Shown: in pieces, positions 28,694-38,217 of the stretch
Numbering within the stretch: the first letter of the stretch is position 1
Layout: each line of letters starts with the position of its first letter
Source of the DNA: a virus
Taxonomy: Duplodnaviria; Caudoviricetes
Virus record (IMG/VR): IMGVR_UViG_3300011793_000004
Location: 1,624 to 65,623 of that record
Strand: one strand, 5' to 3'
Length of the DNA stretch: 64,000 nucleotides
Program-made: the position numbers and the translations under genes
Notes under the pieces: generated by a model
Database searches by the model: none
What the model saw: the letters and a program-made list of their open reading frames with translations, nothing else
What the model was told of the DNA's origin: nothing

Positions 28694-28850
28694 CGGTCAG
28701 TCCCTTGCGCACGAAGCCTGCGACGCAGAAGCACGACGCGGCACCGGCCAGCAGTGCCCAGCCCGCGCCGAACAACACAAGAACCCCGCCCACGAGCAGG
28801 CCGAAGCCCAGCATCCCGGTCAGGATGTAGATGACGGTTGCGACGTTCAT
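28686..28850 (-). CDS. Small two-TM protein between terL and portal (54 aa)
   Basis: [22 protein letters not shown]...; overlaps both neighbours. Confidence 0.7.
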   Translation of the reverse strand: MNVATVIYILTGMLGFGLLVGGVLVLFGAGWALLAGAASCFCVAGFVRKGLTGE

Positions 28851-30580
28851 GCGAAGAGAGGGTCCCGGATTGCTGCCATGAAGGATTTCTCGCCGGCGGC
28901 ATGTGAGTCGGTAACGGCAGCCATAGCCCGGCCCACCGCCATGATCAGCGCGACGGCGCCATCGATCTTGTTGTCGTTGCCCTGCTTGATCGGCCTGACC
29001 ACGTCGTCGTTGCCAGGCAGGTTCTTGCCGATCACGTTGCCGATGCACCAGCTCATGATGATGTTGCCGTCGTGGTGGAACCGGCCGCTGGCGATCGCCG
29101 CTTCCAGCTCCTTCATCGGGATGCTCATGTTGGTGTAGTTCTGGGTGATGACGACCGGCGTCAGGCCTTCGTCCTCCAGCTCGTGCTGAAGGCCGGTGGC
29201 GCCGTGCGGGTCGATGGGGCTTTCCCTGACCGGGCTGGCGCGGGCCGCCTCGCAGGCTTCGGCGAGGATCTCGCGGTAGTCCACCTCGGCGCCGGGGGTT
29301 TCGATCAGATCGCCGGTGTTTACCCAGGCCTGGAAGCGTTCGGCCATGCGCTGGTTGTCGCTGGAGCGCACCTGGTCCTCTGGCACCCAGAACCGCGGAG
29401 AGACGCAGTAGTAGTGGATCTTCTCGTCGATCACTCGCCAGAACAGGCGGGCCATGCTGTTCATGTCCAGCTTGCGCGCCAGGTCGAAGCCGAGGATGCA
29501 CTCCTGGCCCTCGAACTGCTCCAGGGTCAGGCTGGTGTCCTCGCATTCGCGCCAGGACTCCATGTTGAAGAAGCCGGTCTTCGCCGACACCCAGACGTTC
29601 AGATGCTTCGTCTTGAACGTGTTGGTGAAGCGCGCAGAGCGGATGGCGCGCTGCTGCTGGCTGGCGAGGTACTCCTGGAACACCGACACGCCGAAGTTCG
29701 GGTTCGCCTTGGCCATGACCTTCGGGTCGGTCCAGTCGTCGCCCTCGTCGATGGTCCAGATCCAGCCGAAAAGCTCGTCGTCCGGCACGGTGCCCTCGAG
29801 CATCTCCACGACCTGGCGGCGCTTGTCGTAGCACGGGCCTTCGATGTTCGCGCCGGCGGTGGTGATGATGAACATCAGCGGCTGCCGGCGGGCGCCCATG
29901 CCGGTGAGCATGGTTTCGTAGAGCGCCGAGCTGTCGTGCTCGTGGTATTCGTCGACGATGGCGCAGCTTGGCGATGCGCCGTCGCCCGGCTTGCCAATCA
30001 GCGGCTCGAAGCGGCTGGCGTCCAGCGGGCGATTCATGTTCGACGCGTTGACCTCGATGCCGGCCGCCTCGATGAGCATCGGCGAGCGGGAGACCATCAG
30101 GCGTGCGGGGCGGAACACCTCCCAGGCCTGCTTCTCGGTCGTGGCGCCGGCGTAGACCTCGGCACCGAACTCGTCGTCCGCGGTGAACATGCTGATGCCG
30201 ACGCCCGCGGCGATGACGCTCTTGCCGTTCTTGCGCGGGACTTCCCAGTAGCTCTCACGGAAGCGGCGAAAGCCGGTCTTCTTGCGGACCCAGCCGAACG
30301 TGCAGGCCAGCCCGAAGAGCTGCCAGGGCTCGAGGGTGACCAGCTGCCGCTTGAAGGCCCACTCGCCCTTGGTGTGCGGCATCATCTGGATCAGGCGGAG
30401 CTTCTTCTCGGCCTTCGCCGCGTCGAAGCGGTATCGGAACTTGGCGGATCGGCTGACAGCCAGGTCGCAGAAGTGCCGCTGCACCGCCAGTTGCACATAA
30501 CGACAGCACGGCACCTTGCCGGCAACCACGCGCTTGCCCCAACGCATCGCCGCTTCGACGTTGGAGTACTTCGCGGCCAT
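28847..30580 (-). CDS. Terminase large subunit
   Basis: Walker [10 protein letters not shown], Walker [25 protein letters not shown]. Confidence 0.96.
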   Translation of the reverse strand: MAAKYSNVEAAMRWGKRVVAGKVPCCRYVQLAVQRHFCDLAVSRSAKFRYRFDAAKAEKKLRLIQMMPHTKGEWAFKRQLVTLEPWQLFGLACTFGWVRKKTGFRRFRESYWEVPRKNGKSVIAAGVGISMFTADDEFGAEVYAGATTEKQAWEVFRPARLMVSRSPMLIEAAGIEVNASNMNRPLDASRFEPLIGKPGDGASPSCAIVDEYHEHDSSALYETMLTGMGARRQPLMFIITTAGANIEGPCYDKRRQVVEMLEGTVPDDELFGWIWTIDEGDDWTDPKVMAKANPNFGVSVFQEYLASQQQRAIRSARFTNTFKTKHLNVWVSAKTGFFNMESWRECEDTSLTLEQFEGQECILGFDLARKLDMNSMARLFWRVIDEKIHYYCVSPRFWVPEDQVRSSDNQRMAERFQAWVNTGDLIETPGAEVDYREILAEACEAARASPVRESPIDPHGATGLQHELEDEGLTPVVITQNYTNMSIPMKELEAAIASGRFHHDGNIIMSWCIGNVIGKNLPGNDDVVRPIKQGNDNKIDGAVALIMAVGRAMAAVTDSHAAGEKSFMAAIRDPLFA

Positions 30581-30584
30581 GTGG

Positions 30585-31061
30585 TCAGGTCAGCAGGTCG
30601 AGGAACGGGTTGTTGGCTTTGGATTTCTTGCCGCCGGTGAGGCGGGCCCGGCTCGAAGGGTCGAGGCCGAGCATCGCGCCGAAGGTGACCATCTGCGCCA
30701 TGGCTTCTTTCGCGGCGGTGAGCGCCGGATTCTTCATCGGGCTGCCCATCGCGGACTGCACAACCGGACCGTGCTCCACCACCATCGCCTGGGCGGCGCG
30801 CCAGTTGGCGTAGGCGGTGCAGAAGGCCTCGACGTTGTGCAGGTCGGTGATGCAGACGATCTTCTGCGCGAGCAATTCGGGGAGCACCATCTCCCACATC
30901 TGGATGGCCAGCGGCTGCATCCACTCAGGCGGATCAACCTGGGTGATCTCGCTGAACTGCGGCTCCGCTTTATTCAGTGCGCGCTTGCCAGGATTGCCAG
31001 CGAGCGCCTTCTGAGAGGTGGGCTTGGGGCGGCGCCCCGATCGCCCCTTGACCCCCGGCAT
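30585..31061 (-). CDS. Terminase small subunit, P27 family
   Basis: GRRPKPT...[23 protein letters not shown]. Confidence 0.93.
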   Translation of the reverse strand: MPGVKGRSGRRPKPTSQKALAGNPGKRALNKAEPQFSEITQVDPPEWMQPLAIQMWEMVLPELLAQKIVCITDLHNVEAFCTAYANWRAAQAMVVEHGPVVQSAMGSPMKNPALTAAKEAMAQMVTFGAMLGLDPSSRARLTGGKKSKANNPFLDLLT

Positions 31062-31074
31062 CGGCGCGACTCCT

Positions 31075-31165
31075 GAATTTCATTTTTCGCGGGCGTGTGA
31101 AAAGGGTTGGGGAGGCGGTCTCTTAAGTGAGAGTAGGGAGGTTTTGACCCACCCTCCCCTAGACG
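31075..31165 (-). other. Putative cos region
   Basis: Non-coding gap between HNH and terS with GGGAGGGTGGGTCAAAACC...GACCGCC...CACACGCCCGCGAAAAA; exact nick site not determinable. Confidence 0.5.
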
Positions 31166-31192
31166 CACGATCTTGGTGCGTGGGTTCTACCC

Positions 31193-31564
31193 TCAAAGCG
31201 GACGCCCAGCCCTGCGCTCCCGCGCGGTCTTGGCTCGGTGGCACGGCCCGCAGATCGCCTCCAGATTGTCTGGATGATCCGTGCCACCCATCGCCTTCGC
31301 TACCCGGTGATCAACCTCAGTGGCACTCGTTGCACGTCCGAGCCGGTAACAGTTTTGGCAGACGTAACAGTCGCGCTTGAGTATCTGTTCGCGAAGCATC
31401 CTCCACCCATATCCATATCCTCGAAAGGACGCGTTACCTACCCATGCGGGGCGCTTCTCCCAATTGGAGGCTTGGGACTCATGCGCTTCACAGTAGCCTT
31501 TCGGGTTACGCGTGAGGACATTGCAAAGCCGGGCCCGGCACGGCCGCAGACCACGGACTGGCAT
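31193..31564 (-). CDS. HNH packaging endonuclease (HK97 gp74-like)
   Basis: RGYGYGW, CQNC, VDHR...NLEAICGPCH. Confidence 0.9.
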   Translation of the reverse strand: MPVRGLRPCRARLCNVLTRNPKGYCEAHESQASNWEKRPAWVGNASFRGYGYGWRMLREQILKRDCYVCQNCYRLGRATSATEVDHRVAKAMGGTDHPDNLEAICGPCHRAKTARERRAGRPL

Positions 31565-31899
31565 CAGGGCGTGCTCTGAGTTGGTGGCTGAGCAATCACA
31601 TCCGCCGCCTTGTTGGCCGCCTGGCTGGCCGTCTCCGCAGCCGAGGCCGCGGTCTTGGCCGCCTCGCTGGTGGTCTCCACCAGGCTCTCCAGTCGCTCGT
31701 CCTTGCGCCCCATCGCGTGGTCATAAGCCGCACGTATGTTCGTCAACTCGATGATCATCATCCGGTGCGCGTTGTACATGGCCATCTGATAGCCGATGGT
31801 CATACCTGACAACACCAATAGCCCGGCGATCAGCCACAGCTCCGCCCGGCGCCACCAGTGCTTAGCTCGTTTCACCACTGTTTCGCCGTTCATTGCCAC
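31564..31899 (-). CDS. Single-TM protein, holin/antiholin associated
   Basis: TM segment WLIAGLLVLSGMTIGY; overlaps the upstream gene. Confidence 0.6.
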   Translation of the reverse strand: MAMNGETVVKRAKHWWRRAELWLIAGLLVLSGMTIGYQMAMYNAHRMMIIELTNIRAAYDHAMGRKDERLESLVETTSEAAKTAASAAETASQAANKAADVIAQPPTQSTP

Positions 31900-32245
31900 T
31901 CCTCTGCATCGCCTGCCGAAGCTGGGCGACCTCTTGGGTGAGTTGCGTGATGTGGCCCTCCTGCAGATCCAGCTGCGACTTCATCGCCCTCATCGTGCCT
32001 GTCAGCTCGCCGATGGTTTTGTACATGTCGTTGCGCTCCCTGGTTACCGTCTCCAGCAGCCCACGCAGTTTGTCGTTCTCGCCGGTCAGGCGGTCGAGCA
32101 TGTCCTTCTCGGCGCGGTCATTGGCTACCGAAGCGTTCGTGCCGGAGAACAGCTTCCGAAGCCAGGTCATCGCCCAAGCCAGGCCAATACCGCTGGCGGT
32201 GAACCACCCAACCGCATTGCCAGTGCCTAGGTCATTCGGGTCCAT
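31862..32245 (-). CDS. Putative holin-like protein (1 TM plus coiled coil)
   Basis: First membrane gene of the late operon; holin role inferred from position only. Confidence 0.5.
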   Translation of the reverse strand: MDPNDLGTGNAVGWFTASGIGLAWAMTWLRKLFSGTNASVANDRAEKDMLDRLTGENDKLRGLLETVTRERNDMYKTIGELTGTMRAMKSQLDLQEGHITQLTQEVAQLRQAMQRSGNERRNSGETS

Positions 32246-32276
32246 ACATCAGCTCCAGAAACGAAAAAGCCCAGCG

Positions 32277-32492
32277 CTATGGCTGGGCTTGGTCGGCTCG
32301 TCTCTCCTGGATTGTCAGGGCGCCCCAGTATTTCCTAGGGTTCCCACACATGAAGCAGGAGCAGACTTTTCCGTGATGGGCGTAGAGCCCTGCGCTTCGC
32401 TCATCCGTCGACCAGAGCTTTTGGCTCGATTGTCTGCGGAAGAACTTCGCCTTAATACGTTGCTCGTGATGTCTTCGTTCGGATCGGTCCAT
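32277..32492 (-). CDS. Small Cys/His phage protein
   Basis: HHGKVCSCFMCGNPRK; SD GGAG. Confidence 0.65.
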   Translation of the reverse strand: MDRSERRHHEQRIKAKFFRRQSSQKLWSTDERSAGLYAHHGKVCSCFMCGNPRKYWGALTIQERRADQAQP

Positions 32493-32515
32493 GGTTTCTC
32501 CAAGGGCTAGATCCG

Positions 32516-32542
32516 AAAAAGCCCCGGCATATGCCGAGGCTC
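32516..32542 (-). terminator. tR'-like terminator downstream of the late promoter
   Basis: Minus strand GAGCCUCGGCAUAUGCCGGGGCUUUUU. Confidence 0.75.
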
Positions 32543-32572
32543 TAAATGCGGAAGAACCGCACAATGGCTGTA

Positions 32573-32601
32573 TTTGTACGCTCGCTGTAATCCACTGTCA
32601 A
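32573..32601 (-). promoter_or_regulatory. Late promoter pR' (sigma70)
   Basis: TTGACA-N17-TACAAA downstream of Q, about 30 bp before a terminator. Confidence 0.7.
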
Positions 32602-32627
32602 TACATCCAGGCTGGACGCATAAACAG
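32595..32627. promoter_or_regulatory. Tandem LexA boxes over the -35 of pR'
   Basis: CTGTCAATACATCCAG (32595-32610) and CTGGACGCATAAACAG (32612-32627); reverse complement of the second matches the umuD box at 15/16. Confidence 0.7.
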
Positions 32628-32739
32628 ATAAAAGCCCGGCGTACAGGATGCCACTATTCAAAGTACCGGACCTTCGAGCGCTAACAAGCAACAGCGTACG
32701 AGGTCGTTAATTTGCTATGCCATTTGCCAAGGAGCCGGC

Positions 32740-33288
32740 ATGTCCATCGAAGTTCTTGAATACATTCCAGACCTAAAAGACTTTATCGTTCCCGCCGTTG
32801 GTGGCGGATTGCTGTGGATACTGCGCAAAGTCAAAAGACCGAGCGGAGTCCTTTTCTTCAACTTCGCAAGATGGCTCGTGCACCGGGATACAGTCCGATC
32901 GAAGCGAATCAGGACCTGCCCGTTCGCCATACAGCGGGAGATATCCAAGGAGTCTGCGCTTTTCGTAGCGTTTGTCTTGAGTGCCACGATTGCGCTTTCC
33001 GCACTGACCGTCACGGTTCCGAGCCAGCCGTGGTCAGTACGTATAGCACTATATTGCTGGCTACTACTGCCGGTGGTCGTGGTCGAAATCTGGTGGATTT
33101 CACACAAGCAATTCGTGAGCGAACTGCTGAAGAGTGCCTCCCGCATTGGTCCTGGCTTCAAGCGTTTGATCCCGCCACGTCAGCAAGGCGATCGCCGAAT
33201 CGACTTCCGGCGGCAGCGTCAGAAGAAGATCCGGGATCGCGCATTGAACCGCGGGGAACATCGCATCGTGCCTCGGCGAATGAACTGA
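32740..33288 (+). CDS. Membrane moron between Q and pR' (182 aa)
   Basis: SD AAGGAG; 2-3 TM; basic C-terminus; opposite strand. Confidence 0.7.
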   Translation: MSIEVLEYIPDLKDFIVPAVGGGLLWILRKVKRPSGVLFFNFARWLVHRDTVRSKRIRTCPFAIQREISKESALFVAFVLSATIALSALTVTVPSQPWSVRIALYCWLLLPVVVVEIWWISHKQFVSELLKSASRIGPGFKRLIPPRQQGDRRIDFRRQRQKKIRDRALNRGEHRIVPRRMN

Positions 33289-33294
33289 GCCGTC

Positions 33295-33663
33295 CTACGC
33301 GGCCGCCTCATACGCGCACAACGCAGAGTCGATCCAAGCAGTACCGACGCGCACCATCTCTTGGGCCTTCACGTGCGTGCACGCCATCAGCCGGCCGAGC
33401 TGCCGATAGGTCATGCCGCGGTAGCGGTACCAGTTCCACAGCGCAACGCCCGCCTCTGGATAGCGGGCATGCAGCCGGCACACCAGCCGATCGATCACCA
33501 TCCCGAGGTCATCGCTGATGTCAGGCGTCAGCCCGTCGTGTTGCTCCACGTTGTCGCGCATCAGCGCGTAGGCCGGTGACACGTAGCGGGGCACGCCGGC
33601 CTGCACTCTTAACCACACGCCCCATTCCTGCAGCAGGTATTCCGTATCCAAATGCTTGCCCAT
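33295..33663 (-). CDS. Late antiterminator Q
   Basis: EYLLQEWGVW, DDLGMVIDRLV, C-terminal HTH; position before the late operon. Confidence 0.85.
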   Translation of the reverse strand: MGKHLDTEYLLQEWGVWLRVQAGVPRYVSPAYALMRDNVEQHDGLTPDISDDLGMVIDRLVCRLHARYPEAGVALWNWYRYRGMTYRQLGRLMACTHVKAQEMVRVGTAWIDSALCAYEAAA

Positions 33664-33674
33664 AGCCGCCCTCC

Positions 33675-33995
33675 TCAATCGCCCGTCCAGTTCCCGCCGC
33701 CGCGGTGATGCTTGTTCTCCCTGCCGCCGTAGTCCGCCCCTGGCCCGGCCGGCTGGGTTTGTTCGTACAGCCGGACGATCTGCATCGCCCGGTTGAGCCG
33801 CAGGCGCAGCAGCACGACCAGTTCCTTCGGGTCGATCCGCTCACCCGTCGCCCGGTCCACCAGCCCGCCGCCGTCGCAGCTGGCGCACTCCATTTCGTGG
33901 AACACACCCCGGATCCACCCGTTGCCCTGGCACGCCTCGCACTCCTTCAGCGGCCGCTGCGGCAAGCGGGTGTCCGGTCCGTGGCGCCGCTTCAC
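33675..33995 (-). CDS. Zn-finger (CxxCxGxG) nin-region protein
   Basis: CEACQGNG...CASCDGGG. Confidence 0.7.
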   Translation of the reverse strand: MKRRHGPDTRLPQRPLKECEACQGNGWIRGVFHEMECASCDGGGLVDRATGERIDPKELVVLLRLRLNRAMQIVRLYEQTQPAGPGADYGGRENKHHRGGGNWTGD

Positions 33996-34432
33996 CCCTT
34001 CACCGCCTGCGTAGGCGAATGCGCCAGGTAGCCATCGATCACCTGCATCGCCTCGTCCATGCCGCGGCATACGAGTGCCATGTACCCCTGCTGCTCCACG
34101 GCCATGAGGAACGCAGTCTGCGAGGGCGACACTGCAGCGTCGTGGGGCGGCGTCGCCTTGAACTCGATGTACAGCCCGAACCATCCGCCGCGCGCCATCG
34201 GCAGGCAGATGTCGCTCACCCCGGCTTTCACACCCTGGGCCTTCAATTTCGCGGCGACGGCCTTCACCCGGTGGCCGCCGTTCGCCGGGTGGTACGCCAG
34301 CTTCCACGCCAGTGGGTGGCGCACCTGCATCCAGCGGAACAGCGCCGCCTGCTCCATCCCCTCGTAGTCGACCGAGGGTGCGCGCCGCGGCGCGGTTTGC
34401 CGCTTCCACTTCTTGAGCAACGCCTCACCCAT
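33992..34432 (-). CDS. VRR-NUC nuclease
   Basis: HPANGG, GVKAGVSDI, LYIEFKA, SPSQ. Confidence 0.9.
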   Translation of the reverse strand: MGEALLKKWKRQTAPRRAPSVDYEGMEQAALFRWMQVRHPLAWKLAYHPANGGHRVKAVAAKLKAQGVKAGVSDICLPMARGGWFGLYIEFKATPPHDAAVSPSQTAFLMAVEQQGYMALVCRGMDEAMQVIDGYLAHSPTQAVKG

Positions 34433-34796
34433 GGACGACTCCAACCGGACGCCGCCGGCGCGCCTTCGATTCACACACCTTGCAGCGCTCCCAGGAGCCC
34501 GCCTCGAACATCGGCCAGCGGCTGGTCGAAACCGCAGCCACGCCGCACAGCGAGATCCATTTCCGCTCCCTGCCCTGGGCGCCGATCCGGTCACTCGAAA
34601 TGGGCCTGAACAGGTGAGCCTTCACCCCCACGAAGCAGGCCTTCCCCCAGCCCTCGCGCTCCATCGGGCGCCCACCGATCTGGATGCCCGAATCCGGCTC
34701 GAACACACCGATCTCTGCAAGGCTGGCAGCACGCATCAGGGCGGCGACGGCATCCGGCTTTTCGCCTGGCTTCTGCTCTTTTTCCATGTTTTCCAT
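34425..34796 (-). CDS. Hypothetical nin-region protein
   Basis: 123-aa coupled ORF, Cys motifs. Confidence 0.6.
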   Translation of the reverse strand: MENMEKEQKPGEKPDAVAALMRAASLAEIGVFEPDSGIQIGGRPMEREGWGKACFVGVKAHLFRPISSDRIGAQGRERKWISLCGVAAVSTSRWPMFEAGSWERCKVCESKARRRRPVGVVHG

Positions 34797-34841
34797 CTAC
34801 CTCTATTGGAAATGGGATTTATCGCCGAAGGCCGCGCAGCA

Positions 34842-35825
34842 CTAAGCCGCCACGTCATTCGTGGAAGATGTGGTTTCGGGTGTTTGCAGGCCGTGCGCTT
34901 CGGTGAATCCGCGCTCATCCAGCCACGTGTGCCAACGCTCGAGCGCCTCGCGGCGAAGGTCGATCACCGTCGTCTTGATGTAGGTTCCGGCCAGCTTGCC
35001 CATCGAGTGATTCAGCAGCAGCTCGCCCACCAGGTAGTCGATGCCGATCTCCGCCCACACGGTACGCGCCAGCTTGCGCAGGTCGTGGCTACGCCATTGC
35101 CGCTGGCTGATGGCACGGATCATCGCGCTGGCCTGCTCCTTCGAGGGCGCCTCACCACCCTGGAGCGCGAACACCCACGGGCTTCCCCGGCGAGCCGCGT
35201 GCTGCCGCTGGCGGTAGCGATCGAGCAGCGCGCACACCTGGGCAGTCAGCGGCACCGTTAGCTCGACACCGGTCTTCGTGTTTTCGGCCGGGATGATCCA
35301 CACCCGCTCCGCCAGGCTGATGTGCTGCCAGCGCGCCATGGCGGTCTCGGATATCCGCGTGCCATGGGCCAGCATCATCAGCGCCAGCAGGCCGCTCACC
35401 GCGTCTTCGCCGAAGGCCTTGCACAGCGCTGGCACCAGCGCAGGCACGTCGACCGGCAGCAACCGGGCAGCGCGCGGGGGAAGCTGCCCGGTCCAGAAGT
35501 CCCGCCAGTTCACCGCCGCCAGTGGGTTCTCGTCGATTCGTCCCTGCCGCTCCGCGAGCGCCAGCGCCTGCTGCAAGCCCTGCACGGCCTTGTGCACCGT
35601 GTGCGGCGAGTGCGTCTGCTGCATCGGCCAAACCAGGCGGTCGTCGATGACAGCGCGGCTCAGCTTCTTCACCACCACCGCTCCCAGCGCGGGGATGACA
35701 TGCCGGCGGATCAGGCTGCGCATCGTGCGGCGGTAGCTGGCAGAGACGGACCGGTTGAGATCGAGGCGGTCGACCCACCATGTCAGCACCTGGGCGGTGG
35801 TGCGCAGGTAGGCGGTCTTGCTCAC
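34842..35825 (-). CDS. Second tyrosine recombinase (core and catalytic domains, no arm-binding domain)
   Basis: HGTRISE, ENTKTG, SHDLRK, LLNH, TYIK. Confidence 0.9.
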   Translation of the reverse strand: MSKTAYLRTTAQVLTWWVDRLDLNRSVSASYRRTMRSLIRRHVIPALGAVVVKKLSRAVIDDRLVWPMQQTHSPHTVHKAVQGLQQALALAERQGRIDENPLAAVNWRDFWTGQLPPRAARLLPVDVPALVPALCKAFGEDAVSGLLALMMLAHGTRISETAMARWQHISLAERVWIIPAENTKTGVELTVPLTAQVCALLDRYRQRQHAARRGSPWVFALQGGEAPSKEQASAMIRAISQRQWRSHDLRKLARTVWAEIGIDYLVGELLLNHSMGKLAGTYIKTTVIDLRREALERWHTWLDERGFTEAHGLQTPETTSSTNDVAA

Positions 35826-36097
35826 GCCTTCACCTCGTTCGCCTTGGTCAGCGGCACGTAACCGTAGCCTCGTAGGGGCATGAGATGGTGGGGCGGAAAC
35901 CTGTCACCGGTGGGGTCGCCTTCACGCCGGACGATCCAGAGATCGGAGTCGGCCGTGAATTCGTATCCGGTGATGTCCCTGCACCGATCCCCCTTCGGAA
36001 TGAAGTGGCAGAGGACGACCTCGGCCATGGCCGGCCAGTCGACACCCTCGACGAGGGTGAGCGCCAGATCGCCCGGGGCGAAGCGATGCTCACTCAT
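35822..36097 (-). CDS. Hypothetical phage protein
   Basis: FAPGDLAL; overlapping start/stop. Confidence 0.65.
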   Translation of the reverse strand: MSEHRFAPGDLALTLVEGVDWPAMAEVVLCHFIPKGDRCRDITGYEFTADSDLWIVRREGDPTGDRFPPHHLMPLRGYGYVPLTKANEVKA

Positions 36098-36392
36098 GGC
36101 TCACCACCCGCAACGCCTGGGCGCCGCTGCTGAAAACCAGGTTGATCCTGCTGGCATCCATCACCGGCGACCGCAGCAGCTCGGCGATCTTGTCCGGCAG
36201 GGCCTCGAGCATCGCCGCGGGCATGTCGCTGTAGTCCACGCAGTGCAGCAGCTGCAGCTCCCGCATCAGCGCCTTGGGCGGCGTGAGCTCCAGGGTTTCG
36301 CAGATGGAGCGGATGACGCAGATGTCGAAATGCCCCTTCGCGAACATCGCTCGCAGCGCGACCTCCACGGCCATCAAGCGGAAGTCAGCCAT
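36090..36392 (-). CDS. Hypothetical phage protein
   Basis: FDICVI...LLHCVDY; coupled ORF. Confidence 0.7.
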   Translation of the reverse strand: MADFRLMAVEVALRAMFAKGHFDICVIRSICETLELTPPKALMRELQLLHCVDYSDMPAAMLEALPDKIAELLRSPVMDASRINLVFSSGAQALRVVSHE

Positions 36393-36654
36393 TCACCACC
36401 TCCAGCGCAGCCGGTTGAGGGCTACGGTCGACGGTGATCTTCAGCTGAGCGATCACCTGTACGGGGCTGACCATCGCCGCACCGTCCTCGAAGAAAGCCA
36501 CGGAGGCGGACACGGCGCTCGAACCTGCCGAGATGCCAAGCCGCTTGCAGGCCTCGGCGATCAGGATCTGTTCTATCTCTTCCTCCTGCAGTGTCACGCT
36601 GACGTCCAGCCGGTTCACTTCGCTGCGCACAACGCGCTGTTCCCAGTCACTCAT
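36385..36654 (-). CDS. Hypothetical phage protein
   Basis: SD GGAG; coupled ORF. Confidence 0.55.
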   Translation of the reverse strand: MSDWEQRVVRSEVNRLDVSVTLQEEEIEQILIAEACKRLGISAGSSAVSASVAFFEDGAAMVSPVQVIAQLKITVDRSPQPAALEVVNG

Positions 36655-37349
36655 GTCCGTTTCTCCGTGTTGATGCCCATCCGCTTCAGCAGCTGCTCCC
36701 GGGCGCCCTGCCCGGTGCTTGCCAGCCCTTCCCGCTCCAGCCGCGCGCGCATTTCCTGCTCGGCGTGTTCTTCGTGCACCTGGGCGGCCGGCTTGCTGCC
36801 GTCGTGCGCCAGGGCCAGGCGTGGCGGGGTCAGTTCCTCGCCGCAGGCCACCTGCAGCACCAGTTGCTCGTAGTGCGCCTCGAAGGCTTTGCGCAGCGCG
36901 GCGGTGCGGTAGCCATCGGCGGTGCGCAGGTCGTGCGCGCCGGTAGCGATCGCGGCGATCTTCACGGCCGGGTGGCTCCAGCGGTGCCGGGTGTTCATCG
37001 CGTGGCTCACGGCCTCGCGGTAGGCCGCGTCCATTGTCGGCAGCCCCACAGCCTCGGGCCGGGGCCGGCACAGCGCCAGGAAGTCCCCGTAGCTGGGCAG
37101 GCTCTTGCTGGCCCGCCCCACTTGGTGCTCGGCGCCCAGGCGCATCAGCGCCAGGTCGAACAACGGCTTTGGCACCTTGGCCAAGCCCATGCGCATCCAG
37201 CTCGCCTTGGCCGCCCGCAGCTTCGCCGGGTCGCCGGCGGGGAACTCGAACCGGAAGGTCGCCGCCAGGCCCAGATCGGTCTGCAGCGTGGCGAACACCA
37301 GGTTCACCCGCGCCGCCAGCTCGGCGCTGTCACAGAACGTCGATCCCAT
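36651..37349 (-). CDS. Replication protein P-like helicase loader
   Basis: GLPTMDAAYREA...WSHPAV...RKAFEAHY. Confidence 0.8.
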   Translation of the reverse strand: MGSTFCDSAELAARVNLVFATLQTDLGLAATFRFEFPAGDPAKLRAAKASWMRMGLAKVPKPLFDLALMRLGAEHQVGRASKSLPSYGDFLALCRPRPEAVGLPTMDAAYREAVSHAMNTRHRWSHPAVKIAAIATGAHDLRTADGYRTAALRKAFEAHYEQLVLQVACGEELTPPRLALAHDGSKPAAQVHEEHAEQEMRARLEREGLASTGQGAREQLLKRMGINTEKRT

Positions 37350-38217
37350 CGGCCCAGCTGGTGTCGGTGAGGTTTTCGGCGAGGGTGATGCCGCAGCCAG
37401 CAGCGCCGCCACGGGTTGGGGTCGAGTCATGGGTTGCTCCAGCGGCCAGCGTGGCCCGATTGCGCACGGCGTGCTGCACCAGGCGGCGGCACCAGTCGGC
37501 GTGGGTGAATTCGTGGGGTTGGGTGAGCCAGTAGCCGGTGAACTCGTCGACCACCGCCGGCGTGATCGCCTCCAGCGCCAGCCCGGCGGTGCGCAGCGGA
37601 AAGCGCAGGTTCACCTCGTCCGGTTGCCAGTCCGCGTGCATCTCGAACCGCCGTCGCCGGTCCTCACCGGAGGTAGCGTTAGCTACCGAAGGTGAAGATG
37701 AAGAAGAAGAGGAAGATGTAGAGCCGTCACTTTCGTGCGGGGTGGGTGCGGCCTTGGGTGTTGCACCCTTGTTCGCACCAAAGCCCCCCTTTGGTGAAGG
37801 GTTAGGGTCATCACCATTGCTCGCACCAAAGCGCGAACTCTCCCCCCGCTTGGTGCGCACATACTCGTCACGCACCATGCGCGGCGAGTACCAGATCGGC
37901 CCGGCCTGGGCGGCGATCAGCTCCACCGGCTCGCCCTGCTTCCGCCCGCTCACCGGCGTGTAAATCATCGGCTCGCACTGGCCGGCCTCGGCGCCGTACA
38001 GCACGCCCTTCTCCACCAGCTCGCGCACCAGCGAGATCGGCGCGCCCAGAGCCTGGGCAATCTCCTTGAGGGTCCAGCGCAGCACGCCGTAGTGGTCGCT
38101 GTCGTGCATCAGCCCCATCAGCTCTATCCACACGCCCCGCGCACCCCAGCTGCAGCGCCGCAGCTTCGCGTTGTTGCGCCAGTCGGCCGGGTAGAACTGG
38201 AAGGCTGGGCGCTTCAC
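37330..38217 (-). CDS. Replication initiator (O-like; DUF1376-type N-terminus, DnaT-like C-terminus)
   Basis: MKRPAFQFYPADW; FEMHADWQP...EFTGYW. Confidence 0.78.
   Translation of the reverse strand: MKRPAFQFYPADWRNNAKLRRCSWGARGVWIELMGLMHDSDHYGVLRWTLKEIAQALGAPISLVRELVEKGVLYGAEAGQCEPMIYTPVSGRKQGEPVELIAAQAGPIWYSPRMVRDEYVRTKRGESSRFGASNGDDPNPSPKGGFGANKGATPKAAPTPHESDGSTSSSSSSSSPSVANATSGEDRRRRFEMHADWQPDEVNLRFPLRTAGLALEAITPAVVDEFTGYWLTQPHEFTHADWCRRLVQHAVRNRATLAAGATHDSTPTRGGAAGCGITLAENLTDTSWADGIDVL

Noticed and set aside
37660-37730. GAAGAT/GAAGAA run as an origin iteron or microsatellite
   Set aside because: Encodes the Ser linker of the initiator; no clear multi-copy iterons seen, so the origin was not called
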